A stretch of 63,861 nt of DNA, counting the filler, from Hausera hauseri (taxonomy: Eukaryota): assembly GCA_046269625.1 (NCBI GenBank). It is 11 parts of 11 records of this genome, joined end to end, with 100 filler letters (N's around TTAATTAATTAA, not from the genome) between each part and the next. Parts side by side here need not be neighbours in the genome. Positions count along the whole stretch, not along the records: positions 32,620 to 41,648 come from JBJURY010481020.1; positions 41,749 to 45,785 come from JBJURY010803200.1; positions 45,886 to 54,639 come from JBJURY010544342.1; 8 more parts are not named here. One strand, 5' to 3'. Shown here piece after piece: positions 35,956-47,566 of this stretch. Position 1 is the stretch's first letter; each line of letters starts with the position of its first letter. Below the pieces are notes generated by a model that was given only the letters and a program-made list of their open reading frames with translations, searched no databases and was not told the origin of the DNA. Position numbers and translations under genes: made by a program.

Positions 35956-38900
35956 TTGATTCGTTCTTCCGGTTGTTATTATCCGTTGTCGTCAGGTTCC
36001 GTATGACGTCTTCGAGTCTATTGTTATTTCTCTTATCTTCCTTGTCAAACAATTTTGGCCAATTTACTTCACACCGAAGTTCCCTAGATGCTTTTCGCGC
36101 CAAACTCGTAACTTGATTTAGTTCATTTTCTCGATTTGGATGTCTTGATTGCTAAGTACAATAATATCTTTCTTAGCTCTTCTACCGTATTCTCGACCAT
36201 AATCTTCTCAACTATTGCGTCGTCAGTTAGGCTACTTTTTGACAGTTTGAAGCGCGAGCTCCTCATCGTTCTAGCTGCGTTAAATATCGCCTTTTCTTTA
36301 TCATCCAAAGTATATCCGCGGAGACTCGAATAATTTACGATACGTATTAAAATTTTCATTAACTCGTTTAATTCTTCATTATCTGTACTAAAAGTAGGAA
36401 TCGACATCTGTCTTAACTCTCTAATCAGTTCTCCATTATAGTCGATTTCTCGGGGCTTCCTAGGCCTGCCAATTGGGCATTTTGGTCTTGGAGCATTGGC
36501 TGGCATTCCACTTAGCGGTACTAGATTCTTGTCGTATTGTTCTTTGTTTTCATCCGTTTGTAAATACTTGAAATACATTGCCGCATCTCGTACTCCCATA
36601 ATTGGTCCTACGCATTGTTCCGTTTTAGCTTTACGCGTAGCTTATTTCGTCTGTTCATTAGTTATTGTTACTACTATTCGATTTGTTTCGCCGGGGATGA
36701 TTCCGACGTCTTAACTGTTCTAAATCATCGAGTATTCTTCCTCTAAAGTAGAATCTGTAATTTATCTCGTTTTTTTGGCATTATTTAATAACCATTCTCT
36801 TATGTCCTTTACGTAGGAATAAGTAGTTAGCTCACATTCCTTTTCTTCCATCCAGTCAGATGATATCATTATTTTCATCGTCACCTCAGGTTTATCCTTC
36901 AAGATTTTTGCATACTTCTTTATTAAAAGTTTTGGCACCGTGCTGTAAATTGTGTTTTCACTGGACAATTTGGTTAGAGTCGGAATAAGTTGTTTGAGCT
37001 TACTTTCAGTCATATACACGTTAATTAATTCCATCAAGTCCTTCTCAGTTAACGCTGAATCTAAGAGCATCTCTACATTGAATTTCCTATTCTGCGGATA
37101 CATTTGTATTTCCCCTAGGCGTACTGGAGTTACCGGATTTTCGGCCGTTATTTCTTCTAAATAAGCATCCCATTCTGGTTCGTTCCCCATATCTGGAAGT
37201 CCATAGTCTACTAAAGCTGTGTTCGTCCTTTGCACATTTTCTCGAATTTCGCAATTTTGGTTGTATTTCTTTCATCTGTGTAGTTCGGCATCCTATTCCG
37301 TTTTCACAGGCATATTGAATCATTTTCAGTAATTCGCCTAATTCATTAGAATCGATGAATCCCTTTGGTGATAATCAGTTAGTTCAATAATTACATCTCT
37401 GCCATCTTTGCACAAATTCTCGTTCATTTTTGATCTCTGACTCATAAAAGCATTTGTTCAGATAAACTTCAAGCTCTTTTGTTAGTTCATCCAACCTTGT
37501 TGCTCTTTGTTTTGTTTTAATACATGTTTCTACTTTCTGTATCTTGGGCATCAATTGTCTCATCCTCTCATCACTAATCTCCGCCATTTCTATCAATACG
37601 TAGGCTTACTCGTACATCTCATTTATAGTTTTTGAGTCAGAGTCCATTGCATCCGACAATTTCTTCACGATCTTGTGTTCCTGAAAGCTAAAATGTGGGT
37701 CATCTTTTATTTTTGTCAACCTAGTATGAAAATTCTGATCTGATCCGGCCATCCATTCTTGTGGTTTATGCAAGAATTTTATTGCGTCCGTTAACATGGT
37801 TCGATGTTCCGGACAGATATCTAAGATTTCAATATCTTGGGAAGAGATCTTATCGATTGGTTTTTCCGTTAAGTATTGGATTCCTTCTAGTCGAGCAACC
37901 TTCAACTTTGAGTTTACATCGTAAATCATGTTCCGTTTTTCCGTGAAGCTCGTCTCTTCGATCAAGTTATAGATCTCCTCCAATATCGACGTTTCTTGTT
38001 CTCTTCATAAATTTTAGTCGTCGTAATGCTTCGAATTGAGTGCGGATGTCTATTTCTATTCGTATTGTGCCTATATCATGTGCACTTTCTGCTAGCTGCT
38101 TCTTTACCATTGGCTCGCTTTGCGGAAATTCTTTTTTACGGTCTTCTACTAGTTTACTTAATCTTGTTATTAGTTCGGACTATTCTGACAATTGATTAGC
38201 GATTATTGGTTTCGCCATTATAGCCTTATCTAACATCTTATATGCATCTTTTAACCATCGTACGGCCCTCTTAGGAAATTCATAATTCGACCGACATAAC
38301 TAAACTCGTTTTTATATTCGTCAAATTCTATAATACAAGCCTTTATTATATATTTAGTTTCTTTATTATTTATAAACATAATTCGATTTCTTAAACTGTT
38401 GAGCTGTGACCTTTTTTCATTTTTCATTTTGATGCGGCTCTCTAAGTCCGCACATCGTCGGTTTTCGACAAAGGCAATTTTTATCATCTCCATTAAAGGA
38501 GGAATATCTATCAGATCTACACCCAATATCTCTAAATCGATACTACTTCGATCGCTAACCGGTTTTTCCCTAAGCCGATTAATCATTGCACAGCGAATTT
38601 CATCCTTTATACGTTCTAAATTACGGGCTACTCTCTTCAGTTTTGGGTTTGCTTCTAAGGTAGACAGTAGCGTTTGAGCCTTAGTAACTTTCACATCAAT
38701 ACTATCTTTGTTTTTACTCCATCCTGAAAATTCTACTCCGCTTTTAATCCACGACTCTAATTCGTGGTTCCATTTTATCAACGTATCTCGTGGCACCTCT
38801 TCCGGTTGTCTTATTGCAATTGCTTCATCGAGTTTCCCTTCACTCCACAATCTTAAACTTTTGTATAATTTCTCCGCAAATTATTGTTCCTTACCAGATA

Positions 38901-39477
38901 TATCTGTTTGTTTACTAATCTGCTTGAGCCTTTCTAAATTGTGTCTGAGTATCTCTGGATTGTGACATTTAACTCTCATCCTCTTTAATTCGTCAGCATT
39001 TTTCCGTGAACGTCGAACTTTCCATTTTCTCGCATCAGGATCATTATTATTGTCCGTTTCTTCCTCATTGGCGGGAAGCGGACAAACTTCGTCTTTCGTC
39101 ATTAACATTTATCATCTCGGGTGTCTCCAACACTTCTGGAATCCCTATAGGCGTAATAGAAATCTCAGGGCAAGTCATCTCTTAGGATAGCAGTGTGGAA
39201 ATCTCTTTTCTTCTGTATCCCTTTTAATGGGAGATCGTGAACGAGTCTTAGATTTTCTCTTAGGCGATGGGCTTCTACCTCTATTCTTCATTATCTTGAG
39301 AACTAATGGTCCGATAAATTCACTTTCGACTTCATCCATTATTTCGTCTGGATTATGCGTTTCGGCTTCTATTTCTGCATCTAATTCTATATTTTGAGAT
39401 GTTGATGGTTTCTCCGACTGAGCTATTCCTTGCGGAACAGACTTTTTACGTGCCATATTAGTATTATTTGGAGCCAA
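35956..39477 (-). pseudogene. ~1100-aa accessory region of unknown function (RS-rich N-terminus, charged helical repeats, UBL domain at ~36660-36878)
   Basis: The ORFs starting at 39477, 39108, 38850, 37983, 37596 and 37323 all share one frame with the Gag knuckle (39771). The 3' half is conserved in copy B. Confidence 0.7.
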
Positions 39478-39648
39478 TGCCCATTCTTTTTCAGTCTGGT
39501 TTTCTTAATCCATGATAAACTTCCGTTAATCGTAATTTCTTTCATATTCTTTTCTAGCGTTCATGACTTGGGGATTAGTAGTTTCACTTAGATTTCTTAC
39601 CGATCTGCGTAAATCTTGCATTTCAATAATCAGGCTTATATCTCCTCA

Positions 39649-40955
39649 TTTACCATAGATGGCTTCTAAGTTATTTTTGATCATACTTGTTTTGTTCGGT
39701 TCGGTAAATGTGACACTTCTAGGATTTGGACATGACCTAGCGATGTGTCCTTCTTTTCCACATGTAAAGCATATTAAATTCCCATTCCGGCCGATCCTTT
39801 GTCGACCATCTTCATTTACAGGCGATTTCGCTCTGTTTGTATTCTTATTCTAGCTCTGTAGCATTTATTTATTCTCTCCGTCATATCTATTATCCTTATA
39901 TTTATTATTAGGTCAGTAACCACCTTGGTTCCTATCTGAATTGTAACTCGATTTACTATACGAATTATTTCGATTATTACTAAAATTTCTGTCGTTTCTT
40001 TGATTTCTATTTTGGACATTTCTATTATCGAAACCTCGATTTCGGTTATTATCATTAAATCGTCTGTTATCTTGATTATTATTTCTATTTCGATTATTGC
40101 GGTCATTATTCCTTTCATATTTGTCGCCTTGATGTGCTTATCTCTAATGCCATTTTTAAGTCTTGGGCTAATTGTAACGTCTTTTCAAAATTATCGGGTC
40201 TAGCCAGAATTAACTGCTTAACTAAATCTCTTGACCATATGCCATTTATTAACTGAGTTGATATCATGACGCCTAAGTCTAGCGGTGTTGCCTTTTCTGC
40301 AGCATCACGTTCTGCGTCTGTCTTAGCTTTTACTACGTTAGCTATTCTCAAGATACTTATAACTATTAGCAAGTTGCTTTAATGCAAATGCAAACTGGGT
40401 AACCGATTCACCCTTTTGTTGCACCCTATTCTGTAATGCCATAAGTTTCTGTTGTGGCGTTACTGTCGGCAATAATTTACGGTTTAATGCTCCTACCAGG
40501 GAGGACCAAGATTTCTTTTCGTCATTAGTGAGCTCGCTATAAGCATAAGCGGTTAAATTTTTCGAATACAACGGCAAACGTTTAATCATCACTTCAGGAG
40601 TAAGACTAGTACCTTCTGCGTGCAAGTTATAAGTTCTCAAGATTTTATTTAACCCGTCCGGATCACCATCGTATGCCGGCAGGTTCAGAGAGTCAAAGAT
40701 AAAGATGTCCAGTTTTTGCGCCACTGGTAGGTTATCTGCAACCATATTAGTCTCAAAATTTACTTTATTAGCTCTAGGTTCCGCAAGAGGGATTTTAAAC
40801 TTATTGGTTTGCTCAACAGCGGTTAAATCTGTATTAACTGAATTTACTCTAGTGTCAGATAGTGAGCGTTTATCTAACTTTTTACTATCTCTATATATAT
40901 TTCTACGCATCTGGCGTATAGGCGAGTTTTCTGTGGCGTTTGAATCAAGGTTCAC
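39649..40955 (-). pseudogene. gag: Gypsy Gag with N/R-rich linker and CCHC zinc knuckle
   Basis: LPAYDGDPD, W..L..AL, RVQQKGESVTQFAFALKQL; knuckle CFTCGKEGHIARSC at 39730-39771. Confidence 0.88.
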
Positions 40956-41127
40956 TTTTAACCTATCAATATTTGTTCTCGAAAGAATTTTACTTTAAAC
41001 CATGTTCAACTTATAACCCGAAATTTAAAACTTTCAAACTATATTCAAATACTTGATGTGGGGCGTTGATCGCCGGTATGTCGTTAATTAGCTTTAAGCT
41101 GAAGTAAGTCTAGCGAGGCACTGATCT

Positions 41128-41145
41128 GTACTGCTAGGGTCGCCA
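41128..41145 (-). promoter_or_regulatory. Primer-binding site, probably tRNA-Arg
   Basis: TGGCGACCCTAGCAG lies 2 nt after the LTR-terminal CA; TGGCGACC is typical of Arg-primed Gypsy elements. Confidence 0.75.
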
Positions 41146-41147
41146 AA

Positions 41148-41648
41148 TGTTATATATTGGGGTGGCCCTTATACAACCCCCACTATATAACAATAATTAC
41201 ACTTGAGATTTGAGTACCTTAATGCAGGTAAGGTCTACCGTTATCGAATAGACAAATTGTGCCTTATAACAATTAGTTTAATCAGTAATGCTGGTACTCG
41301 CTTGCGGTCCTGTGCAAAGTGGTTAATAAGATTCTCCTCTTAACTATGTAATTTTACAGTGGAATTTTAGACCTTAGTGTAGTCAAATCACCCTTAAGGG
41401 GCAAAGAAAAACTATAGAAGAATTTTAGAATAACAATATATTTTTACAATAACAACAATTACGTCTTCTTGGATACGTCTCTGTTATCGGAATTGAATAT
41501 CAAATCAACTGGTTCAAGGATCTGTTTTCGCAAACAAAAATAATTCTCCACACTTTAGAAATGTTCTGGAACGCTTCTCCAAATGCTTTTCAAATAATTT
41601 TCGAAACTCTCAAAAACTTCGAATCAACTTCAAATAACTCACAAAACT
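41148..41648 (-). repeat. 5' LTR (partial) of the env-bearing Gypsy element
   Basis: Ends in ...TATAACA adjacent to the PBS, is non-coding, and runs to the contig end. Confidence 0.7.
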
Positions 41649-41748
41649 NNNNNNNNNNNNNNNNNNNNNNNNNNNNNNNNNNNNNNNNNNNNTTAATTAA
41701 TTAANNNNNNNNNNNNNNNNNNNNNNNNNNNNNNNNNNNNNNNNNNNN

Positions 41749-41932
41749 GTAGCGTATCGTTCAAATCCAGGTATTCATTGTCCGATGTCATAATGTTGAA
41801 TTGAATGTCAATGTTATCGTCCGTTGAAACCGAATTAACGGGGCAGATTTCTTTAATTGCCGCATTGTCAATAAAAACTTGTGGCGTCGCTTTGTCAAAT
41901 ATGCACAATTCAGATTTTGCAGATGACATCAA
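41749..41932 (-). CDS. Maverick/adintovirus major capsid protein (double jelly-roll, hexon-like), N-terminus truncated by the contig end
   Basis: KSELCIF...PQVFID...EICPVNS...IQFNI...EYLDLNDTL matches the Polinton MCP N-terminal pattern KSELDLF..P..Q..I.F....YLDL..T. Confidence 0.8.
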
Positions 41933-41940
41933 TCAATCAA

Positions 41941-42306
41941 TCAATCGAAAATCGTACGACGACGACGTTTGTTTATAGCTGATGAACTCGATGATGCTCT
42001 ACAGCATTTTCTTGTCATTAAGCCACTGCCGGCAAATTGTTTTTTGACTGAATTAACGACTACCGGTGCAGCGCTTTTTATTTTGGACAAGGCGTGTTCC
42101 TTCAGTGGTGGTAAAACCAATTTATTTTCATACAGTACGTCCTGTGCTGTTTTTTCTGTCACGGCACCGACTCGATTCAACACCGGAAATGCTAAGCGTG
42201 CCAATGTACGCAACCATTTGGAGCCATACTGTTTACCAACAAAATACGGTAGTTCACCGCCCTGCTGTGGTTTACTGTAAATAGAAGCGATTTCAGAATC
42301 AATCAT
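41941..42306 (-). CDS. Maverick/adintovirus small core/cement-like virion protein
   Basis: QQGG..YFVGKQYG followed by amphipathic WLRTLARLAFPVL, FAGSG, and a basic tail ending RRRRTIFD. It sits between the minor and major capsid genes, as in Mavericks. Confidence 0.7.
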   Translation of the reverse strand: MIDSEIASIYSKPQQGGELPYFVGKQYGSKWLRTLARLAFPVLNRVGAVTEKTAQDVLYENKLVLPPLKEHALSKIKSAAPVVVNSVKKQFAGSGLMTRKCCRASSSSSAINKRRRRTIFD

Positions 42307-42309
42307 ATT

Positions 42310-42926
42310 GTTGTTGGATTCGACGGAAATGAAGAGTTAGACTGGTTGTGGTACCGTACGAAAATTCAAAAAGTAACCCGCGTCACATCGAATATTCACT
42401 TTAACATTGTTTATAGATGTAAATGCCACAGGTAGGTACATTGAATTATCGAGCTTGACAGTGACATTGTCACCAGCAGTATACTTGCTGCTTTCCGATA
42501 AATTGCTCGGAGTAGCGGTACACATACTCCACCGACCAAAATCGGTTCGGAGACGTTCACGTAAATGTACATTTGACTTAGTTCCGTTTTCGGTTTGGGT
42601 TTGAGTGTTGCAACATTTGGCACCTCCGCTCCTGTTTTCGCATATCTTGTCTCAAACTGCTGTTTTTCAAAACCTAATATCATGGCCAAAGCTTTGTCCA
42701 ATGAAATGTCGACAATATCCTTTTCCAGTTCAAATTTAACGTACCCATTTTTATCTGACTCGAAAACTTTAAATATCTCCTTGTACATTTTATTAGAAGA
42801 AAAGTGTTGACAGAGCTGTGCTACAGATTCGCAATAGACATTGTCTCCAATCGATATGTATGACGTTGACACCCTTTGTGCTATATAGGGAAATTTCACC
42901 GTGTTGAGATCCCTTAAAACAAACAA
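42310..42926 (-). pseudogene. Maverick/adintovirus minor capsid (penton-like) protein, 3' part, frameshifted
   Basis: MYIYVNVSEPILVGGVCVPLLRAI, MYLPVAFTSINNVKVNIRCDAG and terminal LHFRR are typical of the Polinton minor capsid C-terminus. Confidence 0.78.
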
Positions 42927-45900
42927 TATTTCGTAACCAATATGTTGAGATCCCTAAAACAAACAATATTTCGTAACCAATATGCGGACATATATGGACA
43001 TTGACAATTCTTATTATGATCGTGATTGATGTATAGACATTGACAATCTCATAAATACTTTATTATGATCTAGTTTTGCAACAAATTGACATTTTATCCA
43101 AACATTCACAGTTTTGTGATGAATCGACATCTTGGTGTATTTCTTTTATGATTTTATGTCAAGTCCCATTTGATGGACATTCATTTTAGCTTGCTGTTAT
43201 GTGTGAGTGAATTGTTATCCAGACTGAAATGATCAATTGAAAATTCACCAAATAGATGACGAATAATTTCTTAAAATAGGAAATGAATCATCAAGTCAAA
43301 TTCCGAAATTGAACAAAATATGGACATGAATCATCAAAATTTCAAAATTGAATACTGCGAAATATACTGAAAGTGAATAAATGTTATTTTAAAAATAGAA
43401 TTTAGTAACAGAAATGACGTAAACAATTCAATTTTAAATTTAGAATTTTGCAATTGGAATGACTTATGCAAACAATATATAAACTGATCATTCCAACATA
43501 AAACACATAAAATATTTTATTGAGTAAACAGACTGAAATTTTCCAGAACTTGTACGTAAGTTTCTCATGTTTTCTGATCGATGTATAGAGAATATTAGGA
43601 AATACTAAAGTACCTGAGATTTATACGAATACTTATTTGGAGAAACTGATATATTCGCATATCAAAGTTAGAAGTCACGGAAAATTCCTAATCGAATATT
43701 CCTTGAACGGATAGAGAAATAAATCAAACTGAAATCAAGAAATGGCAGAAGGAAATGCTTTCAACCGAATACAAGGAAATGATGGTGAGTTGCCAATTGA
43801 TCTGATATGATGTTTGTGTTATTGATGTAAAAAATATTGTTATAAAATATAATTTTAATACACTAAATGTTTATGAGGTGATGAAGTGGAGACCCATGTT
43901 AGAGTTAGAAAATACTTTCAAAATAACGAAAATGAATCGGGAAATGGGATGTAGAGATGTACAGAGATCGGATGATGATTCAGAAGACGTCGATGAACGC
44001 GTCGTATAAATTAACCGAAATATGTTGGAGCGGTTGAAACGGTGATGTATAATATATACCCTACACGTCTGTGGATTCCAACGGGAACTCGAACACGCCA
44101 AGAGTATCGAATTTGATTGATGACAGTCTCTTCCAAGAATTATGCAAGGATCTGGAACTACCAACCGGGTATATTAGAGGTTTAGCACCCATTAATATTG
44201 AATGTAATAATCGTGAGTATGCCGAGTTCCTCTTCCGGTTTGGATAAATATGTGGAATCGCGGAGAATAATTGTGGTACTGGTAATTAGTTAATACATTT
44301 ATAAAATGAGAATAAAAATCTGATAATAATAATATTCTGTGTTGTCATTTATTATATAGAATTATTAGTCTGCATAACTTTGACGGTCACTGTCTTATGG
44401 TTAAATACAAAGTCTGCTACCTATTTATTAGAAATTTTTAAGGTATTATGATTTTCCCTATATTCATCGGAAATCTAATAATAATAGTAAAGGTTGAGTT
44501 ACTATGTATTAAAGACCAGAATGAAAGATCTTCGTGATGATATTGATTGTGCTTATATACTGATTCAGGTGTCCCCAGGATCTTAGATATTCGATACTGT
44601 TCCCATAAAGACGATGATGATTCTATTAAGGAGTTGGGATTCCGATGAATGATTGAAAGAGTAGTACGGGAGATGATGGGCTTGTCACGGATAATGATCT
44701 AGAGAGGCGATAGTAATGTGACCATTTATTTAAGCGGTTTCAATATAACCTGATGAACCGAGTAACGGTCGAATATTGTTACTAATATAATCCTTTATCA
44801 GAATATTATTTTATGGGGTATCCCAGGTTAAAGCACTTTGACAAACGAACGAAATAAGACGAATGGCAATTATAATAAGTATATGCACCCTTCATGTAAA
44901 AGGAGTTTATTTATGATGCTACATATACAGCATTCACTCAATCATATTCTAAGTGTATTAATGCATTCATGCAATACCATGCGAGGGGGGGGGGATAGAG
45001 TAGAAAAGCAGCTCCGTGCAAGTAAGGCTCCTCATCTTTTAGATGTTGATGGGGATACTTGCCACATAGTAAATAACCAAATGATGCCACCAGTCTCCCC
45101 TAATCTTTACTAATCAGACACGTCTAGGACGTGATTGGACGGCACTTGCGTGTGCTGCCATCGCCGTGTTCAGAGGACGAACTCTGACAATTCGTTCACG
45201 GGGAACAGAAACCCATCACCAGGGGTATTTGCACCCCGGGTGCAAACTTTTATCGGCCGCCCCCTAAACATACAACTAAAAGAAATTGCGTGTAGCATTT
45301 ACAAGTCATCCTTAGGTCATGCAGAAAAGGTGATTTTTTAAAATTTTCACAATGGGGGGGAGGACCTTTTCCGGCCGCCCCTCCGTATCACTTTTTGCCG
45401 CCCGGTTGTGCACCCCCGGGTTGGCGCGGCCCCGCCTCCGAGGAAACGGACGGAAGAAGTACACACACAATTGAGAGAACGAATAGAATTTGTTGTATAG
45501 AAGGATTCTGATATCGGACGGGAGTTTTTTTTCACGAGACGCCCTGTTGGTTGAAGTCTTACTTGGCCTCAGAACATCTCACGGACATCCATGTCTTACC
45601 CAGAATTCGAACGACGAATTAACGGCCCGAAGTTATCTGCGCAATCCACTGTGCCAGCAGATGGCGACACATTAGTTCTTGAATCTAATATACTTCTTAT
45701 TGTGAAAATATAACACGTCAGAAGTTTTAAAACAGTATTTTTTTTTTTTTTTTGCATACTAATTCAATCAAATATCTTGTAGTACNNNNNNNNNNNNNNN
45801 NNNNNNNNNNNNNNNNNNNNNNNNNNNNNTTAATTAATTAANNNNNNNNNNNNNNNNNNNNNNNNNNNNNNNNNNNNNNNNNNNNTGGCATTGAAGAGCA

Positions 45901-45944
45901 TGCCTTCACGGGAAGACATCCTCTTACCCAAAAGGGGAGGATAA

Positions 45945-46594
45945 TGTTAAAAATATTTTAAAGGACCATTCAATATTCTAAATCTCCCGACTCCCTCAAT
46001 AAAATCGTAAATTAATTCCTTTTCTAAAAAACCCCCATCTTTAAATTGCAACTTTTAATCTTGTATCTACCCTTTATCATATCATCTCTTTGCGCTTTCG
46101 ATTCTGACTTAATTATATAGAATTCACTTTCTTCTTATGTAAGCAATTTCTCCCGCCAGCGCCCGCTCTCTGGCGCCTTTCTCCCGTCTACTAGTGGCTA
46201 TTTTTATCAATCCATTTTCGAATTCCGATTTAGCCTATAACCAATAAACTGTTCACGCGTTTTAATGCCAAGTACTTTCTCCACACAAAGACGATTAAAT
46301 GCAGTAACCTTTTTTTTGGCGTCATTCTGAAGTAGAGCGCCGTGTGAACTCTTAGAATCAGAAGGTAAAAAGCTCCCGTATGGGAAAGACGCACAAAAGA
46401 TCTGTTCAAAAACCTTCTCCCCTTTTTAGGGATTTATGGTTTGAATAAATGTAAAATAAGGATATGATTAAATAAAGAATCAGAAGGACTTGAATGTGTC
46501 GCCTCTTCATTGTCAGAGATGGATTTTAGTAAGTAAGCTTAAGTTTTGTTTTCTTCCACTCGACCCGACTGACTGCATCCATGAAATCATAACA
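45945..46594 (+). repeat. LTR of the intact Gypsy element (TGTTA...TAACA)
   Basis: Terminal inverted TGTTA/TAACA and an internal AATAAA (~46243). PPT AAAAGGGGAGGA lies immediately upstream and a tRNA-Ser-like PBS (AGTCGACAGGAT, 46606-46617) downstream. Confidence 0.7.
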
Positions 46595-46666
46595 ACTTAA
46601 TGTAAAGTCGACAGGATATGGGAACGATATGTTTCCCACCTAGACTGAAAGTGAGGGAAAAAACCC

Positions 46667-47566
46667 ATGATATTAAGATCAAAGAAACAATTAAATTTTG
46701 TTGATCGACCACCACAGACTGACGAAAAAGAAAGTAAGACTTTACCAAAACTTGAACTTTCGAATCACAAGTATTTAAATATGGCGGCTGCACAGAACAT
46801 CAGTTTTTCAGACGAAAATTCGACGATCTCTATTATTAATTTACTAAAATTCCTCGAAAAGGATTTTGAAGAAAATACGACTGATGCTTTGAAAATAAAA
46901 TCTTTTGTTAAAGTACTAGCAGGCGACGCTTTGACGTTTTATTTTGAGGAGTGCGTCGAGATGAATAATTGGTCGGAGTTAAAGGCGAAATTTATGAATA
47001 AATTCAAACCCAGTCTTCCGAGTTATAAAAACTTTTCTGAACTTAAATTTACAACTAAAGAACATTTCAGTGAATATGTCAAAATGAAAACTAAAATAGG
47101 GAAAGACTTAGGATTGCGTGAAGAACTCATAATAGATGCTCTTAATGATGGGTTACCGAGTTGTTATAAAAATTTGCTCATTGCTCAGAATTTTTCCACC
47201 TTAGATGTGTGGCAGAAAGCGGCAAATAAAGTCATTCTGGAAGTGATGCCTGAAAAACCAGAAAAAATTGTTGAAAAAATGGACTTTAGACCTAGAGAAT
47301 TCTCCTCGCAGAAGAAATATTCCAGATTCCAAACTCCGAATTATACTCAAGATTCTTACTTTTCACCCCAATATTTTCCAAGAACACAACACTTTACTCC
47401 ACGTTTTTATCGACCACCTGCAATGCAACCGGTATATCAATATAGAAGTTATCCGGATAGACAATATCCATACCGCCCTCCGAATAATACCTGGAGAAAT
47501 CCAACTCCCAGTGCTGAATTTTCACAAACTGACTTGAACAATATTAAAAACGAACAAAATGCGTGA
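46667..47566 (+). CDS. gag: Gypsy Gag (intact, no CCHC knuckle)
   Basis: LAGDALTFY...WSELKAKFMNKF...EYVKMK...IIDALNDGLP retrotransposon capsid pattern; lies directly after the LTR/PBS. Confidence 0.85.
   Translation: MILRSKKQLNFVDRPPQTDEKESKTLPKLELSNHKYLNMAAAQNISFSDENSTISIINLLKFLEKDFEENTTDALKIKSFVKVLAGDALTFYFEECVEMNNWSELKAKFMNKFKPSLPSYKNFSELKFTTKEHFSEYVKMKTKIGKDLGLREELIIDALNDGLPSCYKNLLIAQNFSTLDVWQKAANKVILEVMPEKPEKIVEKMDFRPREFSSQKKYSRFQTPNYTQDSYFSPQYFPRTQHFTPRFYRPPAMQPVYQYRSYPDRQYPYRPPNNTWRNPTPSAEFSQTDLNNIKNEQNA

Larger units (their letters stand above)
32620..41648 (-). mobile_element. Env-bearing Gypsy LTR retrotransposon, copy A: 5' LTR-PBS-gag-accessory/UBL-chuvirus-like G-PR-pre-RT (3' part missing at contig end)
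   Basis: LTR end TATAACA followed by TGGCGACCCTAGCAG; Gag with QQKGESVTQFAFAL and CFTCGKEGHIARSC; PR YALIDTASEKSF (~33401-33418); Gypsy-type pre-RT spacer (IPPRTEM...IIAQNEDDIGRA). Confidence 0.9.

Noticed and set aside
39430-39460. MARKKS as a histone H3 tail mimic
   Set aside because: Too short, and only one copy covers it; compatible with a generic basic patch.
36123-39477. Accessory region as a co-captured chuvirus nucleoprotein
   Set aside because: I recognised no mononegaviral/chuviral N motifs, and the length and embedded UBL do not fit. An HHpred search would settle it.
39816-40203. Ile-rich ORFs that look like membrane proteins (also 48135-48482)
   Set aside because: Alternative-frame translations of AAT-rich, Asn-coding low-complexity segments.
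19689-41648. Many stops and frameshifts as programmed recoding or an alternative genetic code
   Set aside because: The lesions differ between homologous copies, involve all three stop types and are often C-to-T changes, which indicates neutral decay. The 1591-aa Pol reads normally in the standard code.
45652-45668. CTCF-like motif CCAGCAGATGGCG and nearby GC-rich patches
   Set aside because: Single short motif; I could not define element boundaries or function.
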